This document shows positions 62,645 to 64,000 of a stretch of DNA of 64,000 nucleotides, one piece after another. A model generated the notes under the pieces. It saw only the letters and a list, made by a program, of their open reading frames with translations. It was not told the origin of the DNA and searched no databases. Both the position numbers and the translations under genes were made by a program. Every line of letters starts with the position of its first letter. Within the stretch, counting starts at the first letter, position 1. This DNA is from Chiloscyllium plagiosum (taxonomy: Eukaryota), in contig NC_057719.1 of NCBI RefSeq assembly GCF_004010195.1, forward strand, positions 27,525,458 through 27,589,457, written 5' to 3'.

Positions 62645-63385
62645 GTTCATGCCGACAAAATATCCTAACCTAATCTAGTCCCATTTGCCAGCATTTGGCC
62701 CATATCCTTCTAAACCCTTCCTATTTATATACCCATCCAGATGCCTTTTAAAAGTTGTAACTGTACCAGCCTCCACGACTTCCTCTGGCAGCTCATTCCA
62801 TATATACACCACTTTCTGTGTGAATAAAGTGCCCGTTAGATTCCTTTTAAATCTTTCCTCTCTCCTTTAAACCTATGCATTATAGTTCTTGCCTCCCCAC
62901 CCCGGGGAAAAGACTTGTCTATTTATCCTATCCATGTCCTCATGATTTTATAAACTTCGATCAGGTCACCTCTTAGCCTCCAACACTCCAGGGGAAATAG
63001 CCCCAGCCTATTCAACCTTTCCCTATAGCTTAAACCCTCCAACCCTGGCAACATCTTTATAAGTCTTTTCTGAATTCTTTCAAGTTTCACAACATCCTTC
63101 CTATAGTAGGGAGACCAGAATTGTACACAGTATTCCAATAATGGCCGAACTAATGTCTTCTACAGTTGCAATATGACCTCCCAACTCCTATACTAATGCA
63201 CTGACCAATAAAGGCAAGCATACCAAATGCCTTCTTCATTATCCTATCTAGCTGTGACTCCATTTTCAAGGAAGTATGAACCTGCACTCCAAGGTCTCTT
63301 TGTTCAGCAACACTCCTCAGGACCTTACCATTAAGTGTATAAGTCTGCCCTGATTTGCCTTTTCAAAATGCAGCACTTCACATTC
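62645..63385 (-). mobile_element. CR1 LINE 3' part
   Basis: EYCVQFWSPYYRKDVVKLERIQKRLIKMLPGLEGLSYRERLNRLGLFPLE. Confidence 0.9.
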
Positions 63386-63777
63386 CTGTATTTTGTCACA
63401 AGCCCCTGTGAATTAACTACATCTGGTGTTGTGTACTAACTTTGCACTAGCTGTTTTGATTTCCAATTCCCAAATATGAACAATGGTGGTCCCTTGTAAT
63501 AATCCTTGGGGAATGCAACTTCCCACCTTTTTGCCAATCTGGGTAATTTTCTTTAACCCTGACTCTTTAATTTCTGCTTTGTAGTCAGCTTGATATTCAA
63601 CCGGTTATCTATCCCCTAACTTCTACATGTTTTAACTTTATCAAAGGCATTTGTGAAAATACAAATATATTATTCCTACTGCATTACCATTGTCTACCCT
63701 TTCTATTATTTCTTCTAAATATTTAATAAGTTTGGTCAGCATTTCCATCCATTTTAAAATCCATTGAGACATGATCA

Positions 63778-64000
63778 CCTCACAGCACCAGCGACGTGGG
63801 TTCAATTCCACCCTCAGGCAACTATCTGTATGGAGATTGCACATTCTCCCCAGGTCTGTGTGAATTTATTTCGGGTGCTCCAGTTTCCTCCCACAGTCCA
63901 AAAGATGTGCAGGTTAGATGGGTTGTCCATGCTATTTGCCTATAGTGTCCAGGGATATGCAGGCTAGGTGGGTTAGCCATGGGAAATACATGGTTACAGG
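63778..64000 (+). mobile_element. HE1 SINE (5'-truncated, runs off the window end)
   Basis: cctcacagcaccagcgacgtgggttcaattcc...ggagattgcacattctcccc...cagtttcctcccacagtccaaaagatgtgcaggttag. Confidence 0.85.

Noticed and set aside
43086..64000. An alternative SYT14-like transmembrane exon (PEAxGFLSAVG...INKKxCF)
   Set aside because: Not found by eye in introns or upstream. The SNKKINKL stretch at about 44200 lacks a hydrophobic helix and splice context. It may lie outside the window, and a manual scan can miss it.
1..64000. CRISPR arrays, prokaryotic operons, retrons or viral genes
   Set aside because: No regularly spaced repeat-spacer array. All RT-like ORFs are vertebrate non-LTR or Penelope fragments, and the only real gene is spliced.

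Overview
Vertebrate nuclear DNA, almost certainly from a shark: it carries HE1/V-SINEs, HER1-type CR1 LINEs and DeuSINE-like repeats. A carpet or bamboo shark is my guess. The window holds one protein-coding gene, synaptotagmin-16 (syt16), on the minus strand. I reconstructed six coding exons by hand with GT-AG boundaries and consistent phases: 57005-56375, 43085-42873, 42403-42147, 35111-34668, 29866-29677 and 19907-19594. Together they give 2049 nt (682 aa), with an acidic N-terminus lacking a transmembrane helix and tandem C2A/C2B domains lacking the Ca2+-binding aspartates. The rest is intron, probable long 3'UTR and downstream DNA, densely filled with decayed and often nested transposons: CR1, a second CR1/L2-group LINE, Rex1/Babar, Penelope-like elements, several tRNA-derived SINEs, a TA-flanked MITE and a probable solo LTR. 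There is a 507-N assembly gap at 17540-18046. The most unusual signal is a set of short fold-back (inverted-repeat) Penelope-derived insertions carrying minimal hammerhead-ribozyme motifs. One of them (22264-22298, minus strand, sense to the syt16 pre-mRNA) has an intact catalytic core. Repeat family names come from recognition of motifs from memory, not from database searches, and repeat boundaries are approximate.
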